Shown here: one piece after another, positions 43,954 through 58,445 of the stretch
Position numbering within the stretch: position 1 is the stretch's first letter
Layout: each line of letters begins with the position of its first letter
NCBI GenBank assembly: GCA_963765895.1
Contig: CAVXZB010000048.1
Span: 64,001 to 128,000 of the forward strand
Reading direction: 5' to 3'
Length of the DNA stretch: 64,000 nucleotides
Source: an uncultured Nitrososphaeraceae archaeon
GTDB taxonomy: Archaea > Thermoproteota > Nitrososphaeria > Nitrososphaerales > Nitrososphaeraceae
Translations under genes and position numbers: made by a program
Notes under the pieces: model-generated
Databases searched by the model: none
Told to the model about the DNA's origin: nothing
What the model saw: only the letters and a program-made list of their open reading frames with translations

Positions 43954-44652
43954 TTGCATTTTTGGGTAGGATCATTTTGTTCGATTCTTGGTATTAATAA
44001 CAAACCAATAGCTCCACAGGGATTTATTGCAATATCTGATGTCATAACCTTAGTAGAAGACATGGGTAACCAAATACCAGATAAATCTTGGATGCTTTAT
44101 CTCATTGAAATCTTCAATATCCAGAATGTAGCAATCGAGCTAAATCTTATATGCCAGTTTGATAATCAAGATTACTTTGAAGCTATATTTAATGGTGTAA
44201 ATAGATATAGATTCAAACAAATATTACCCACACTGGGTCATGCATACCTTCGTCAAATTATTATTGCTCATCAGAAAAAGTCCATTATTTATATCTTGGA
44301 GGATCAGAATACAAAGCAAATTGAAAGATTTGAGCTATCTTTACTGAATATTGGAGATTTTGTATTCGAAGGTAAGACTCAGTTTACTGGAATAGAATGG
44401 TGGAATAAAATGGGCAATTTTCCGTATTCTATTAAGTATAGTGTAGAGATATCACAATTAATGTATGGCTTATGTGACAATCCCTCTGATTCTGAATCAA
44501 TTATTTATAGACCATATAATGCATTAATCCCTAATAATGAAGGATCAAATATAGAATATCCTATTTCATTCTATGATGTTAAGATTAGAGATGATTGCGT
44601 TTGTTATAATGTTGCACCGGGTACTTGCAAAGTTGGTTTACAATATTGCTAA
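43954..44652 (+). CDS. Conserved hypothetical protein
   Basis: 232-aa ORF, aromatic-rich (FTGIEWWN), C-terminal Cys residues. Confidence 0.7.
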   Translation: MHFWVGSFCSILGINNKPIAPQGFIAISDVITLVEDMGNQIPDKSWMLYLIEIFNIQNVAIELNLICQFDNQDYFEAIFNGVNRYRFKQILPTLGHAYLRQIIIAHQKKSIIYILEDQNTKQIERFELSLLNIGDFVFEGKTQFTGIEWWNKMGNFPYSIKYSVEISQLMYGLCDNPSDSESIIYRPYNALIPNNEGSNIEYPISFYDVKIRDDCVCYNVAPGTCKVGLQYC

Positions 44653-44705
44653 CATTCTATTTCAATTGCATTATACATATTTAATTACATAACAGGTGAA
44701 TAATT

Positions 44706-46341
44706 TTGGTCCCATTATCTAATTATGAACACTTTTCAGAAAAAGAAAAACTCCTTCTTAATTCGCATTTTTCAAATACCGATAAATCAGTCTTTGCAAT
44801 CATTACGCCTAAACAAGTAGATAGAGGAGCATTAATGTCTAGATATTCTAGAACAGATAAAACCATGCGACGAATATTCATAGATGAATTTGTAAATAAC
44901 CCAAATCGAGGAGGAGAGTTTTATAATAAAATACTATTAGAATATGGGGATGATTCTGTATCCGAACTAGGAGACGCACAAATAGCAGTAGAATGGATTT
45001 CAAATATCGCAGCAAAGAAGATAGAAGATCATAGAATAGGACTGTCATACCTTGAAAAATCTTCTCGATATGTGGCATTTGATCAGAAGATTAATGGCCG
45101 ATACAAATACCATTTAGAAAATGATATTATGTCTTCATCCTATGCTGATCTATATAAAGAAGTATGTGACTATAGCTTTGATACATATAGTAAGAATATT
45201 CTACAAATGCAAAAATTTATTTCGGAATCTGAACCAATCGATCAGTTTCTTTTTTTTGATACTGAATCGCGACGTGAGTTATATTATAGCGAGCTTGAAA
45301 TCAGATACATCTATCGAATCTGCAAAAAGAATTTATCGTGCAACAATTAAAGCCAAGGCACTTGATGTTCTTCGCGGTCTTTTACCTGCCTCTACACTTA
45401 CGAATTTAGGTATAGCAGGTAATGGTAGAGCATACGAGTACCTATTATCAACTATGTTTGTTTCAGATCTAAATGAAATAAGATCGATAGCTGATCTACT
45501 TTATGCCGAAATTAGCACAGTCATACCATCTTTTATAAAACGTTCAAATGACAGGCATGGCAAGTCTCTTCAATTATATGTTACTGATACAAAGAAAGCT
45601 ATCTTGGAGCTATCCCAACACCATTTAAAAAATATTAAATTAGAAAAAAATCCTGAATTTGTAAAGTTGTTAAATTTTGATGACAATTTTGATGCAGAGG
45701 TTAAAGTGTCTTCTGCAATCCTCTATGAATATGCTGTAGGTCAATCTTTGGAGGATATCATGACATATGTTAGATCTCTTGAACCGAAGGAGAGACACAA
45801 AATCATTTGTGAGTATACAAAATTCAGGACAAATAGGAGGCATAGACCAGGCAGAGCCTTTGAAATGGTAGAATATACATTTGAATTATTTACAAATTTT
45901 GGAATGTTCCGTGACCTTCATCGTCATAGACTTCTTACTCTAGAAAGACAATTGTTATCTACAAAGCATGGATATGATGTTCCTAAAGAGATCTTTGATT
46001 TGGGAATGGTTAGAGATTTTAAAGATTGTATGTATAAATCTAATGAAGCCTACACTCTTATATCAAATAGATTACCTGAACAAGCACAATATGTTGTCAA
46101 TCTTGCTTATAGATACCCATATTTTATGAAGATTAATCTACGAGAAGCAACTCATATGATTGAACTTAGAACAGTTCCACAGGGGCATTCTGATTATCGT
46201 AGCGTATGCCAGAAGATATATAGACAGATAAGAAATATACATCCAATACTTGCAAAAGGAATGCACTTTGTAAATCTGAACACGAATGAACTTGCGAGAT
46301 TCACTGAGGAAAAAAATAAAGAAAGGAAAAGACAGGGCTAA
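44706..46341 (+). CDS. thyX: FAD-dependent thymidylate synthase, tandem-domain type (frameshift near 45290)
   Basis: [42 protein letters not shown] and [11 protein letters not shown]. Confidence 0.9.
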
Positions 46342-46342
46342 T

Positions 46343-47369
46343 TTATTCAAACCATTTTTCCAATGACTGGTTTCGATTTGTTATTGATTTTTTTAATCTA
46401 TCGAGAGATCCTGTCACTCGATCAACCGAAAAATTTTTTTCAACACACAGAAAGTTAATAATATGATCATATTTTATCTCGTTGAATGAAATGTTGTCAA
46501 TATCGGGGATTTCTGATCTCAAAAATATATCTCGTATTTCTTGATATGGGACATCTGATAATCTATCTCTAATTTTTTCTATATTTTCAAGTTTATTATA
46601 TTCCTTAATTAATTTTAAGGCTGTTTTAGGACCAATGCCTGGAAAACCTTCCGGGTTAAAGTCAGTACCTATTAAAATTCCTACATCTACTATCTGTTCA
46701 CGCGTTAATGATAAGTGACTGAGAAAATGCTTGAGATCTATAATCTCTGGTTCTATATCGATGTATAAATTTCTGTTCGGAATTTTTCTCTTGCCGCTGA
46801 TCGTAATGTTTCGTATCAGTTTCTCTGCTCCAAATAGTAATGAATCATAATCTTGACTAGCACAACCAAATGCAATTCCACATTTTGTCAAATAAGCTCG
46901 CCGATGCTTCTCCTTCTGATTTTGCTTGAACTATGGGAATACCAAGTAACATCAAGATCGTTTTTGATTCTTCTATCATTTCACTGGTCAGGACTGATGT
47001 AGCTTGACTATATTTTCGTGCATCCTCATACTTACCGCTTGTTAATGCCGCTTCGTACTTTTCAAACGCTATTTGTTTTAAATGTCGTCTATGTTCTATC
47101 TCCTTTGATTTCAGGTTATTAGGTTCTCCATCGAAAACATATATTAGCTTAATATTCTCTGCCAATAGGCTTACATTACGATAAAAGAGGCCGCTTAGAT
47201 GACTTGTCACACAGCCTTTACTGTTTGTAAGTAATTCTCCGGTTGGCCCACGGATTGTGGCAAGAAATTGGTATATAGAGTTGTATGCATCGATTGCAAT
47301 TATCTTGTCAGAGAGTTCAGTTATATTTATAGATGATGCCTCAACAAGTGGTCTAAGATCTAAACCCAT
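46343..47369 (-). CDS. fen: Flap endonuclease 1 (frameshift near 46893)
   Basis: IDAYNSIYQFLATIR, VFDG, SEGEA, SQDYDSLLFGA, GTDFNP.G.PGIGPKTA and PIP box QSLEKWF. Confidence 0.95.
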
Positions 47370-48444
47370 TATCTTAATTACGCATGAACTGAATTTTTAC
47401 CTTTTCCATTTCTAGAATTATATTTGTATTATTGCTTTAATTAAATTCCATTCATAATAAGACATTTTATATGAATTACTATAGATTATAGAACATATGA
47501 TCAATTACAGTTTTATAACCTAAAATTATATTAAGGGTCTAATTATATAAATCCTTAATTGAGTCTTGGTTTTATCGATTACCATATTTCTAAATGTGTA
47601 TACTATACAATAATATTATTTTAGTAAAAGAATCAAAATATGTTAAACTTTTGAATACAACTAGTAGCGTAGCAGAGAGAATATAATAATGTCTATATCA
47701 AATATGCTATCACATGTTAAGATCGAGAACATATTTAGATGACGTGATGTATATAACTTACGATCCTTGTCTTTATTATAATGATTTACATAGCTTCGCC
47801 TTTAACGATTACATAACTGACTTAGGAATCAGCGTTTATTCATTTAATATCATAATACTCATTTCTAGATTAGTCTATCCTAGAGTTAGACATCATATCC
47901 GAGATTGCATTAATGACAGAGGATGAGAAATTATAAATTCTGATCCTCCGTCATAGTTTGGAACGAAGCTGTTTACAGTTAAGCCTTAGCTTTATAGTAT
48001 AAAATGGTTGATTAACACTGTTATTCGACAGCCGTAATCGCAGGTGAGCTTCTTAATTAATTAATATTAAGTGCTCTGGATTAAATAAAATTTCAATTTT
48101 GAATTATTATAACCTACTTATTAGCGCTTCGTTTGTAGTTACATTAATTAAATCAAATCTTGAAATGATTTGAACATTTTGTGCCAATCAAATATTTTAT
48201 AGTTAATTATTGTAATATATCCAAAATGAGCATTTAATTATGACTCATATTGTAAAGTTAATCTCGTTCCGAGGATAGTAAGCTAAATAATCTATCACCG
48301 ATCAAACCTTATTTTTGGATAACTGGGTGCCGGCTATTTAGAAACATAATCTAGTATATTCTATTCAAACGTATAAAGAATCACTTCAACTATAATTCAA
48401 GGCGAGAGGTTTTTAAATTATTAAATTAATTCTGCATAACACAC

Positions 48445-48921
48445 TTGATGGAACAGGATGAACACATTAAGGCTCACTTGATGTGGATATGGGGACAAAA
48501 GGTCGGTTTTATTAAAAGAGGCATTGAAGGTATGATGATAATCACCAATAGACGTATTGCATTCATTACAAAAACTAGCATGACATATAGAGTACACGAT
48601 GCATATTCTCTAAAACAACTTAAACGATTCAAAGACGGCGAAGATGTATTTAGACCTATATCTGGATATACTATAAAAAATTTGGCAAGCGATCTTGCAA
48701 TGAGTAATAAGAATTTGGAAATTCCATATGATAGGATTGTTGATATCCTTACGGAGGAGAAACGCTGGGGTACTTTACTCAAAGTCAGGTTTAGTTCTGA
48801 GAGTAAACTCGAAACCTATATGTTTTCAGTTGTTAAAGGATGGGTAAAGTACCCATTAAAAGATCCTATTGGATTTCAGCGCATTGATTGGAATCCTTTA
48901 ATCAAGATCTTTAAGTGTTGA
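48445..48921 (+). CDS. Hypothetical protein, possible PH-like fold
   Basis: EGMMIITNRRIAFI...LEIPYDRI pattern. Confidence 0.65.
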   Translation: MMEQDEHIKAHLMWIWGQKVGFIKRGIEGMMIITNRRIAFITKTSMTYRVHDAYSLKQLKRFKDGEDVFRPISGYTIKNLASDLAMSNKNLEIPYDRIVDILTEEKRWGTLLKVRFSSESKLETYMFSVVKGWVKYPLKDPIGFQRIDWNPLIKIFKC

Positions 48922-49204
48922 AATCTTTAAAGTGGATGATAAAAAATTTCTAATCGTATCTGAAAAAGGATCTTGGTGGATAATCCAAAAAACCAGTAAA
49001 ACTATAGTATCATCACAATAAGCATTAGAATTAGGCAGTGAGATTCTTGATCCTAATATAGTATAGCAAAATTGGATGTATTCTATAGTTTCTAGCAGCA
49101 AACACTACATAAGTTTACATGTATTGAATGTTAAATATTCTTATAACTAATATCAATATGTAAAACAATGAGTTACGTTAGGGTACGCCGACTAATTATA
49201 CATT

Positions 49205-49543
49205 CTATCCAAATACATTATGATAACAATTATTAACTTCCACTTTAGTGGGCTCTGTTGCAAAGTAGTTATATTCGCTTAGATCTGTAGGTTTGCTCTC
49301 TTTAACTGTTTTCTTTATACAACTGTAAAAACTATGTATATCCTGGTCAAGTTTTGGATTACCAGTATTAATAGGTAGGAGTATAACTTGTCCTCGGGAA
49401 GTACTCTTCATAATTGTATCTGGATTTGCAACTATAGGCTCTGCTAATGCAATATTGATGATACTATTTGATAGCAACATAATTAATGTCAGAGTGAAAC
49501 TAACCATTATTAATGCTGTATTTGTATTCATTAAGATTGTCAT
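49205..49543 (-). CDS. Secreted hypothetical protein with two Cys
   Basis: Signal peptide ending ALA; FYSCIKK and EPTKVEVNNCY. Confidence 0.7.
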   Translation of the reverse strand: MTILMNTNTALIMVSFTLTLIMLLSNSIINIALAEPIVANPDTIMKSTSRGQVILLPINTGNPKLDQDIHSFYSCIKKTVKESKPTDLSEYNYFATEPTKVEVNNCYHNVFG

Positions 49544-49836
49544 ATATGTATTCTTTATAAGTAGTCAGTCTATAAATATCATAAAACAAAAATAAAATTA
49601 TTCATAGATAGTTTGTTACAATAATTTATTACTGTGCGATGTATGTACATCAATTTTGCTGATCCACAATCCAATGATACAGCACACTCAGCTATATCTC
49701 AGCCCGACGATAAGTTAACAGAACACTCCTAATAGGTGTATATTCCTCAGTACGGGTAGTCCCAATGAATTTGTTCATTATAACTGTATCTAGATCAAGT
49801 ATATGTAGACGAAAGTCTATTAATTTCCGACAGATA

Positions 49837-50487
49837 TTGCTAGATGTCGCCATTGTATCATTGATCCCAGTCCACTTCTTGGATCTTTTTGGGACTATGA
49901 TATTTGCAGTTACTGGTGCTCTGAAAGCCATCGAACATAAGCTAGACATAGTGGGAGTTATTGTCCTATCTGGCATTGCTGGATTAGCTGGGGGCATCAT
50001 TAGAGATGTAGTCATAGGACGAACCCCGCCATCAGCCTTAGTCGATCCTTTGTATATAATAATAACATCGATCACCGGGATCGGTATTCTCTTTCTTTAT
50101 CGTTATGTAAAAAATCTAATGAGACTATTTTTGATTTTTGATGCATTTGGTCTAGGAATATTTAGTCTACTAGGGGCTAATATTGCCTTCAGTATGTTTG
50201 GCCTTAACCTCGTCATTATGATGTTTGCAGGAGTTATTACAGCTGTTGGTGGCGGTATTATACGGGATATGTTAGTAAGTGAAATTCCTTTGGTTCTCAG
50301 GAAGGAATTATACGTATCTGTAAGTTTCGTTGGAGTTTTATCGTTCTTTATTTTGCTTTACCTGGGAGTTAACATACTAATTTCAACCATTATAGGAATC
50401 ATCGTTATCACCTCATTTCGTATAGCCGCGATAAAATATAACTGGAATCTACCAAGAAGAGTTTTTAGAAATGCAAATGGCTTGTAA
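49837..50487 (+). CDS. TRIC channel/UPF0126 family membrane protein
   Basis: Duplicated GGIIRD motifs, LDLFGT..FAVTGA, DAFGLG and ELY; start approximate. Confidence 0.9.
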   Translation: MLDVAIVSLIPVHFLDLFGTMIFAVTGALKAIEHKLDIVGVIVLSGIAGLAGGIIRDVVIGRTPPSALVDPLYIIITSITGIGILFLYRYVKNLMRLFLIFDAFGLGIFSLLGANIAFSMFGLNLVIMMFAGVITAVGGGIIRDMLVSEIPLVLRKELYVSVSFVGVLSFFILLYLGVNILISTIIGIIVITSFRIAAIKYNWNLPRRVFRNANGL

Positions 50488-51179
50488 GAACTATCTACAA
50501 TTAGGGATTTAGGTCAGTGGTATTCGGACTAAAGTTTTTTTATGAACGCGAAATATTTTGCTGATCGCTCTCAACAATCATGTATGCATAGTAGTTACAG
50601 AGAATTTCATTTTGCAAACAAATACCAAATAATTAGCTATGTAAATTATTGCTATTTCCTAAATCAATATAGTAATATCCCAGCATTATAAGTTATGATC
50701 AAAAAGCCTGGTGTTTTATCACGCATTAGATTTACAACTGCGAATCTGGTCCTTGAAGTCGAGCGGGGCTTTACAACGTGCAAGATCGATGGAGATCAAG
50801 TCATGTTTGTTTCAGACAGATTGAATTATTAAAATAGACAGTTAATTTCTATGATGATTTTTGTGTTCAGTTTGAAAACAAAAATTAGATTAGTAGTAAC
50901 ATGAGGTCAATCATCATTATTACGGTACTAAATGAATTTGCTTATAAAGCTGAAGTGCATTTAAGATATATCTTGATATCTGATCATCTGATATAATAAT
51001 TTATCCTACATATCACTATTTCTAGGAAAGAGAACAATATAATATAATAGTAGGAAAATATTTAGAATCATTTTGAAATATTAAACATCTAGATACTGGT
51101 AATAGTACATATATATATCTGTATAAGTATATTATATGAATATGCGTGGTAATAACTTTTGATTCAGAATAGTTTTCCA

Positions 51180-51489
51180 ATGATGGAGTGGCATGTGAAA
51201 CATTTGGAAAAGGTAGTTTTGAAATTTGTAACAGGACTAGCAGAAAATGCAACTCTTGGGAAAAAAGAATGAATAAACGTTATGGTAGAATAATAAGGTT
51301 GCTAGACAAATAAACTATGACATAAAACAAGGTGCTACTTATGATCAAGTTCTCTTGCTTTTACAAAGAATCCGGAATGATTCCTCATTTTCTAGTCTTC
51401 GAGGTAATAATGGTTCTTTAGAAAGATTAGCCGAGTTAGAGAAACACTTTCAGCAGCAACCCCTAGAGAGAACGAAGTGGTGGTATTAA
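51180..51489 (+). CDS. Hypothetical protein broken by two frameshifts (absent from the ORF track)
   Basis: Joined frames read MMEWHVKHLEK..WEKRMNKRYG..RQINYDIKQGAT..LQRIRNDSSFSSLR..SLERLAELEKHF..KWWY. Confidence 0.55.
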
Positions 51490-51602
51490 CCTCTTGGCCT
51501 CCACATGGGAGATAAATCTTTAGGGATAGGATTATAGATTAAATTGATGGCCATAGAAGAGGTCCTGATACTTTATTAATATATCAAATTATAATCAAGT
51601 AG

Positions 51603-51761
51603 TTGGTTAATTGGCTTTACATTGTAGATTGTAGCAATTGTGGATATATTTCAGTAGAAAAATTATCTAAGGAGAAGGCAAAGATACTCAAAAAGACGCA
51701 TGTAAATATCACCAAAAATTGTACTCTTGGACATATCAGATTAATCAAAGTAAGGGCATAG
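51603..51761 (+). CDS. 52-aa putative zinc-binding protein
   Basis: TTG start; VDCSNCG...KTH...NC.LGH. Confidence 0.65.
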   Translation: MVNWLYIVDCSNCGYISVEKLSKEKAKILKKTHVNITKNCTLGHIRLIKVRA

Positions 51762-52035
51762 AACTTTATTTTCTACTGGGAAGTTGGCGCAAGGATATAA
51801 GAAATTGTACGTATCGTATCTTATTATTTTTGTGTCTTGTCACAGTATTTCACAGTGATCAATAGTTCTGCGAACTTTGGACTCGATTTCTTACAAACCT
51901 AGCAAAGGGTGCTCATTTTATTATATTCAGAAAATTCGGCAAGGTGATATGTCAGAATAGACTTATCTGATGTTGATGATCAATCTTAGACCATGTAATA
52001 AACTGACAATCGTAGTCAAATAAATAAAGGACTGT

Positions 52036-52697
52036 CTATACTACTTGGAAGGATTTCTGTATCTTTGAATCGTAATTGTCTTTTCTGATTTCTAGATTGG
52101 TATTATAAATTCCACTACTTGATCGAGGTCCTATTTGTACAGTAAATGTCGCATGTCCATCTTTATCCGTGTATGCAGTTTGAGTGTTGTTGTTGTTGTT
52201 GTTGTTTTGTCTATGGATGGATTGAAATTCGGTGGTTCTATGGTCAGTAGAACAAGTACATCGGAGACAGGTTGATCCGTATATTTATCTCTGACAGTTA
52301 CACTCATGTAAGTTGTATCACCTACTTTTACGGGGTCTTTTATAATAGAATAGTCTATGGTATACTGTTTTGAAGACTTGCAGTTAACTATTCCACTAAA
52401 CAGAGGTGCAAACTTTCCTCCAGCAATATTATCAATAGTATTACAAAAGCCCTTTCCATCTGAGGATATACTATTTTTACCATCAAAGGCAGTTGCTTTT
52501 CCATTTCCAGAAGTATCAATATCCACGTCAGCTCTGGCAGTTTGAATGATAGTAGGTAAGAGTGATACTGGTGATGATGATGATATTGCGGGAAGTATTG
52601 AATAATTAGATAATAATACCGAAGGTGATGTTATAGTCAAGACTACAAGTAGACTAATAATAAGTAGAAACTTGGGTTCTCTTTTCATAATCTTCAT
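52036..52697 (-). CDS. Secreted Ig-like protein (frameshift at the edge of an (ACA)n tract near 52185)
   Basis: Signal peptide; alternate frame continues TQTAYTDKDGHATFTVQIG..SGIYNTNLEI to a stop at 52036. Confidence 0.65.
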
Positions 52698-52812
52698 CTC
52701 TAATACTATACATATCTCTCTACATACTTTTGTCTATTGTTGATTTCTTCAACAAATGAGTACAGGCGTTCTATCCACATATTCCCTAATCTCACTCACA
52801 AACATCAATCAA

Positions 52813-53121
52813 TTATCTGCTACCGGCTGCTGCAGCTGCCGCGGCTGCACTGCCACCGGCTGCTGCCGCTGATGCTGCGCTATCGCCAGCTGCTGCCGCT
52901 GATGCTGCGCTATCGCCAGCTGCTGCCGCTGATGCTGCGCTATCGCCAGCTGCTGCCGCTGCTGCCGCTGCGCCATCACTACCATGATGATGATTCTGAT
53001 GACCATAATGATAGTAGTTTCTATGTGCGAACGCGGACTGCTGATCTGACATCGTTGTCGTAACTAGTGCTAGAGCTATTGTCGCTATTGCTATTCCTGA
53101 GATAACATAACTTCGATTCAT
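52813..53121 (-). CDS. Secreted His-tract, Ala-rich repeat protein
   Basis: Signal peptide ending SAFA, His-rich segment, (AAAAGDSAAS)n. Confidence 0.75.
   Translation of the reverse strand: MNRSYVISGIAIATIALALVTTTMSDQQSAFAHRNYYHYGHQNHHHGSDGAAAAAAAAGDSAASAAAAGDSAASAAAAGDSAASAAAAGGSAAAAAAAAGSR
52861..52961. repeat. 30-bp coding tandem repeat, 3 full copies plus a partial copy
   Basis: TGCTGCCGCTGATGCTGCGCTATCGCCAGC at 52861, 52891 and 52921. Confidence 0.95.
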
Positions 53122-53326
53122 ATCTATATAATGTATAATAGATTTGAGTATACCAAGATTATGAACATAAATTATAATATCTTGATCTGTAATTATTATC
53201 TATAAGATATTGGTACAATTAAGGGACAGCAGAAGTTAGAGCTAGATTATTATTTAGTAGTAATTGGGAGTCAAGAACCAATCTCAAATCAATAGAAATT
53301 TGGGCCGATTCGATCTGTTCATATTC

Positions 53327-53915
53327 CTAGAGCACTTTATGAACAAATGAAATAGCAATTGATCCTTCGCCTACCGAGTACGCAGCACACTTGATGCTGC
53401 CTCCCCGCGCGTCGTCCGCCACGAAAACCTCTAGGCAAGCTTGTTTAGAGTAATTACGGCATATTTACCTGTTTCGCCACGAACGGATTGGAGGTGATTG
53501 CCCAGATATCAGTGTTAAACCGGAATACAATAGTAACGATCTCCGCTCCTGCGAATCAGATAGCGCGACATGCTCTAGGCCAAACCGGGCCGACCTGATG
53601 GGCATATACACACTTTACTGGCTTCCAAAAATACGGTAGCCTGATCGCTAAATTTACTCCGCCAACCCAGTTTACTTCACCACCACATCATTGCACTTCC
53701 ACAAAATTCGCGCCGTAATAGACGCCCTCATCTTCAAACCACGACAAGTTTTTTCAATAATGGCCTTTGGTACTCAGCCCAGATCGCAATCATGATAGTA
53801 TATACTGGAATTCGAGCACCATCCTCAACTCCTACGACAAATTTGTGCAGATGAGCGAGTTCCCTTGGTGGTGAGCATCTCCGCGCCGAACTTCTGCGGT
53901 AGCACGCCCGAGATG
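53327..53915 (-). pseudogene. Decayed bacterial-type thioredoxin-reductase-like flavoprotein
   Basis: Frames give QKFGAEML, EDGARIP, AEYQRP, EGVYYGANFVE, DQATVFL, SMSRYLIRR and DARGGSIK.AA.SVGEGSIAISFVHKVL; GC-richer than the flanks. Confidence 0.75.
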
Positions 53916-54185
53916 ATTGTGATATTGCCAATATTATAGATTTGACGACAAGTTACCAATAGTATAAGTGATTGATTCTTTTCCAGATCGCTAGAATATG
54001 GTACAATCAAGTCTTCAATAGCCGTAAAATAGGGGTGTGATCTGGTCTTTCTGCTGTGAAAAAGTATATGGACTGTACTCAACATGCAAGCAATACACAA
54101 TAATTCGAGACTTATTACTCTTTGATACCAGTAAGGAATTACGGCAACGGATTAAATCATAACTCTAGACAACATGAATCAGTAC

Positions 54186-54450
54186 AATTGTATCTACAGA
54201 TAAACGTGTAGATCTTTATGATTGTCATCTCTATTTCCTGCAATCTGTCTGATAGGTACACAAGTTGATCTGATAGTTGAGCCATAATATCGTCTTTGTC
54301 ACGCTGTATTTGTCTGATTTAATTCTTCCAATTCCTCTACCTTTGTATGTATATCAGTCCACAGTCTTTCTGATAGGTATGTTTAGGAACGTTAAATAAG
54401 GCCAGATTTTACGAAATATCTTAGCTTTTTCTAACTCCTTCTTGCATGGT
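54186..54450 (-). repeat. Dispersed repeat copy 2: coding remnant resembling an integrase C-terminal tail
   Basis: EKAKIFRKIWPYLTFLN / DIHTKVEELEELN / QRDKDDIMAQLSDQLVYLSDRLQEIE; homologous to 15900-16055. Confidence 0.6.
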
Positions 54451-54505
54451 TAAGAGGTTTAAATAAAGATATTCGTATTTATTACTCTAGCTGTCATTAC
54501 CATAT

Positions 54506-56704
<2,199 letters not shown>

Positions 56705-56973
56705 GTCTAACGCACCTTCTCAATAGCGCTTTATACACGTTTCATAGCCCATGGCCTGATCTATTTAGATATTTAGATATTTTGATATTCCAATAGAAAA
56801 TTGACTTGTAGAGCTCTGTGACTGTCCTGTGAAATGGCGTAGCATGAGAAAATATGTTATACTTTTACGCCATGATCTAGCTTTGAATGTTGTTGTTTCA
56901 GTGTCCATTCTAGTACAAGAATATGTTGTAACTTATATCTGATCCATACGATTTAGTAAAGATATGATAATCT

Positions 56974-57936
<963 letters not shown>

Positions 57937-58153
57937 AGTAAAAAAAGAGTTCCACGGATGTGTAGTACTTGATTCCTACCAGTATCTATTGTGTTAAAAT
58001 GAGACTAGGCGAAGTATTGATCCCTTATAATTCAAAAGTCCTTTACCACCTGTTATATTTTGGAATGATATTTTTCTTTCTTTAACCTTATAATAGATTA
58101 ATTTATTTAGCGAGTGATCTGAGCAAGATTCTTACCTAGCTTATGTATATTAT

Positions 58154-58350
58154 AGCACCGGCAAGCAAAAGGATACATTCACGTCATAAGCCTATGGCTT
58201 GTTTTTTTGAATGCCTCATCTAGACAAAAGCGTGAGAGGGGTTTTCCACCAGTCATGGTACTAGAGGTCTTGTTGCTACTAATAGTACACAGCTGCGATT
58301 TTTGTCCCTATGTTTGATTCCTTTGCTTGCTGGACCTTGTTGCGTGCTTT
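58154..58350 (+). ncRNA. Candidate structured non-coding RNA (family unassigned)
   Basis: Closing stem CCGGCAAGCAAAAGGA / TCCTTTGCTTGCTGG, outer AGCAC/GTGCT, several internal hairpins, T-run after the 3' end. Confidence 0.45.
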
Positions 58351-58445
58351 TAACAATTAGTTAGCAACAGATTACTTATAGAGTAGAAAAATATTGTGCT
58401 GTAAATATTGTAGAAAAATCTTCTGGAAATCGTTCTTGCCGCAGT

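Noticed and set aside
45280-45310. Programmed frameshift in thyX
   Set aside because: No clear slippery heptamer at the shift, and similar indels are scattered through the window
47790-47840. Fluoride-riboswitch-like TTCGCC...AACG
   Set aside because: Lacks the upstream GGCGATGG pairing strand and a suitable downstream gene
54242-54380. MITE bounded by ends like the IS5 TIR (AATCTGTCTGATAG...TTTCTGATAGGT)
   Set aside because: Homology with the 15.9-kb copy extends beyond the supposed TIR, and the motif is explained by repeated LSD/LSE-R codons on the minus strand
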